Below the pieces are notes generated by a model. The model was not told the origin of the DNA and made no database searches. It saw nothing but the letters and a program-made list of their open reading frames with translations. DNA of 64,000 nucleotides from Planctomycetaceae bacterium (lineage in GTDB: Bacteria; Planctomycetota; Planctomycetia; Pirellulales; UBA1268), in assembly GCA_947459185.1 (NCBI GenBank), contig CANHCU010000006.1:424-64423 (forward strand). The letters run 5' to 3'. A program made the position numbers and the translations under genes. Shown here in pieces: positions 63,539-64,000 of this stretch (position 1 is its first letter; every line of letters begins with the position of its first letter).

Positions 63539-63672
63539 GACGGGCATCCCGAGGGCACAGTGGCCTACGTTCTCGAAGCGCCTCGAAGGACCGCTAGAGG
63601 AAGGGTCGCCGATCGTCTGGCAGTTTCATCTGCCCGAGGGGGCTATCGAGGTAACCAACTGACACCTCGAGA

Positions 63673-64000
63673 TCATCCGTTGGCGATCGACGGTGCAAAG
63701 AGTCGGACGAGCAATCCCGATTTCGGCAGCAGGGGAACCGATACCCCTGCCACCCGTATTGTCAGCGGAATGCGCACCTCATTCAGCCCCTTGAGTAGAG
63801 GCAAGAGCACGGGCACGGCGGAATTGCTGTATTTGCGCAGTCGCCACCCTGAGTAAAGGGTCGAAACATCAAGCACGACCCCGGCCTCATCAGCACTGAT
63901 CACGACCGGGCGACCATCGAAAGTTCCCGTGAGTCGCCCGGCCAAGATCAGTTTGGGGACGTGCCTGTGTCCCGAGTGCGAATCTTCATCGTCCCGTGCA
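63673..64000 (-). CDS. hypothetical protein; the frame stays open to the right edge
   Basis: ...PKLILAGRLTGTFDGRPVVISADEAGVVLDVSTLYSGWRLRKY...FAPSIANG*. No domain recognised. Confidence 0.35.
   Translation of the reverse strand, partial: ARDDEDSHSGHRHVPKLILAGRLTGTFDGRPVVISADEAGVVLDVSTLYSGWRLRKYSNSAVPVLLPLLKGLNEVRIPLTIRVAGVSVPLLPKSGLLVRLFAPSIANG

Noticed and set aside
1-64000. tRNA, rRNA or tmRNA genes as integration targets for the island, and known defence systems (restriction-modification, CBASS, toxin-antitoxin and others).
   Set aside because: I recognised no cloverleaf-like or rRNA-like sequence and no defence-type domains. tRNAscan/Infernal and a defence-system HMM scan would be needed for certainty.

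Overview
GC-rich, gene-dense 64-kb segment. Its proteins point to Planctomycetota: DUF1559 pseudopilin-like proteins, a DUF1501 + DUF1549/DUF1553 pair and a DUF1592 + DUF1552 pair. The left ~10 kb holds cation/Ca2+ genes: a tandem USP, a CaCA exchanger, a deleted P-type ATPase relic and an intact P-type ATPase. From ~9.8 to ~56 kb the window is a mosaic accessory region. It contains one intact IS3-family element, three IS3 relics, five same-orientation copies of a small-ORF-bearing repeat, six or seven copies of a 38-bp IS-end-like motif, SprT-like gene relics, several pseudogenes and three lower-GC islets. These sequences sit at the junctions between discrete glycan-related modules. The modules include GT2/GT4/GT8/GT32/GT61 glycosyltransferases, a Stealth hexose-1-phosphotransferase, a pyruvyl transferase, methyltransferases, a 1080-aa GT4 + GH99-like + sulfotransferase-like fusion and an HprK-like kinase. 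The most unusual unit is a 7-gene minus-strand operon (42428-50494). It joins a bshB1/bshA-like pair to a CapK/PaaK-like ligase, a GNAT, a BKACE enzyme, a Mur-ligase-like protein and AsnB. The right end carries a beta-helix protein, CotH-DUF4956, a frameshifted OMP gene, an EamA transporter and a ChaA-type exchanger. I recognised no rRNA, tRNA or CRISPR array. All calls rest on reading the supplied translations and the DNA by eye. No searches were run, and GC statements are visual, not computed.
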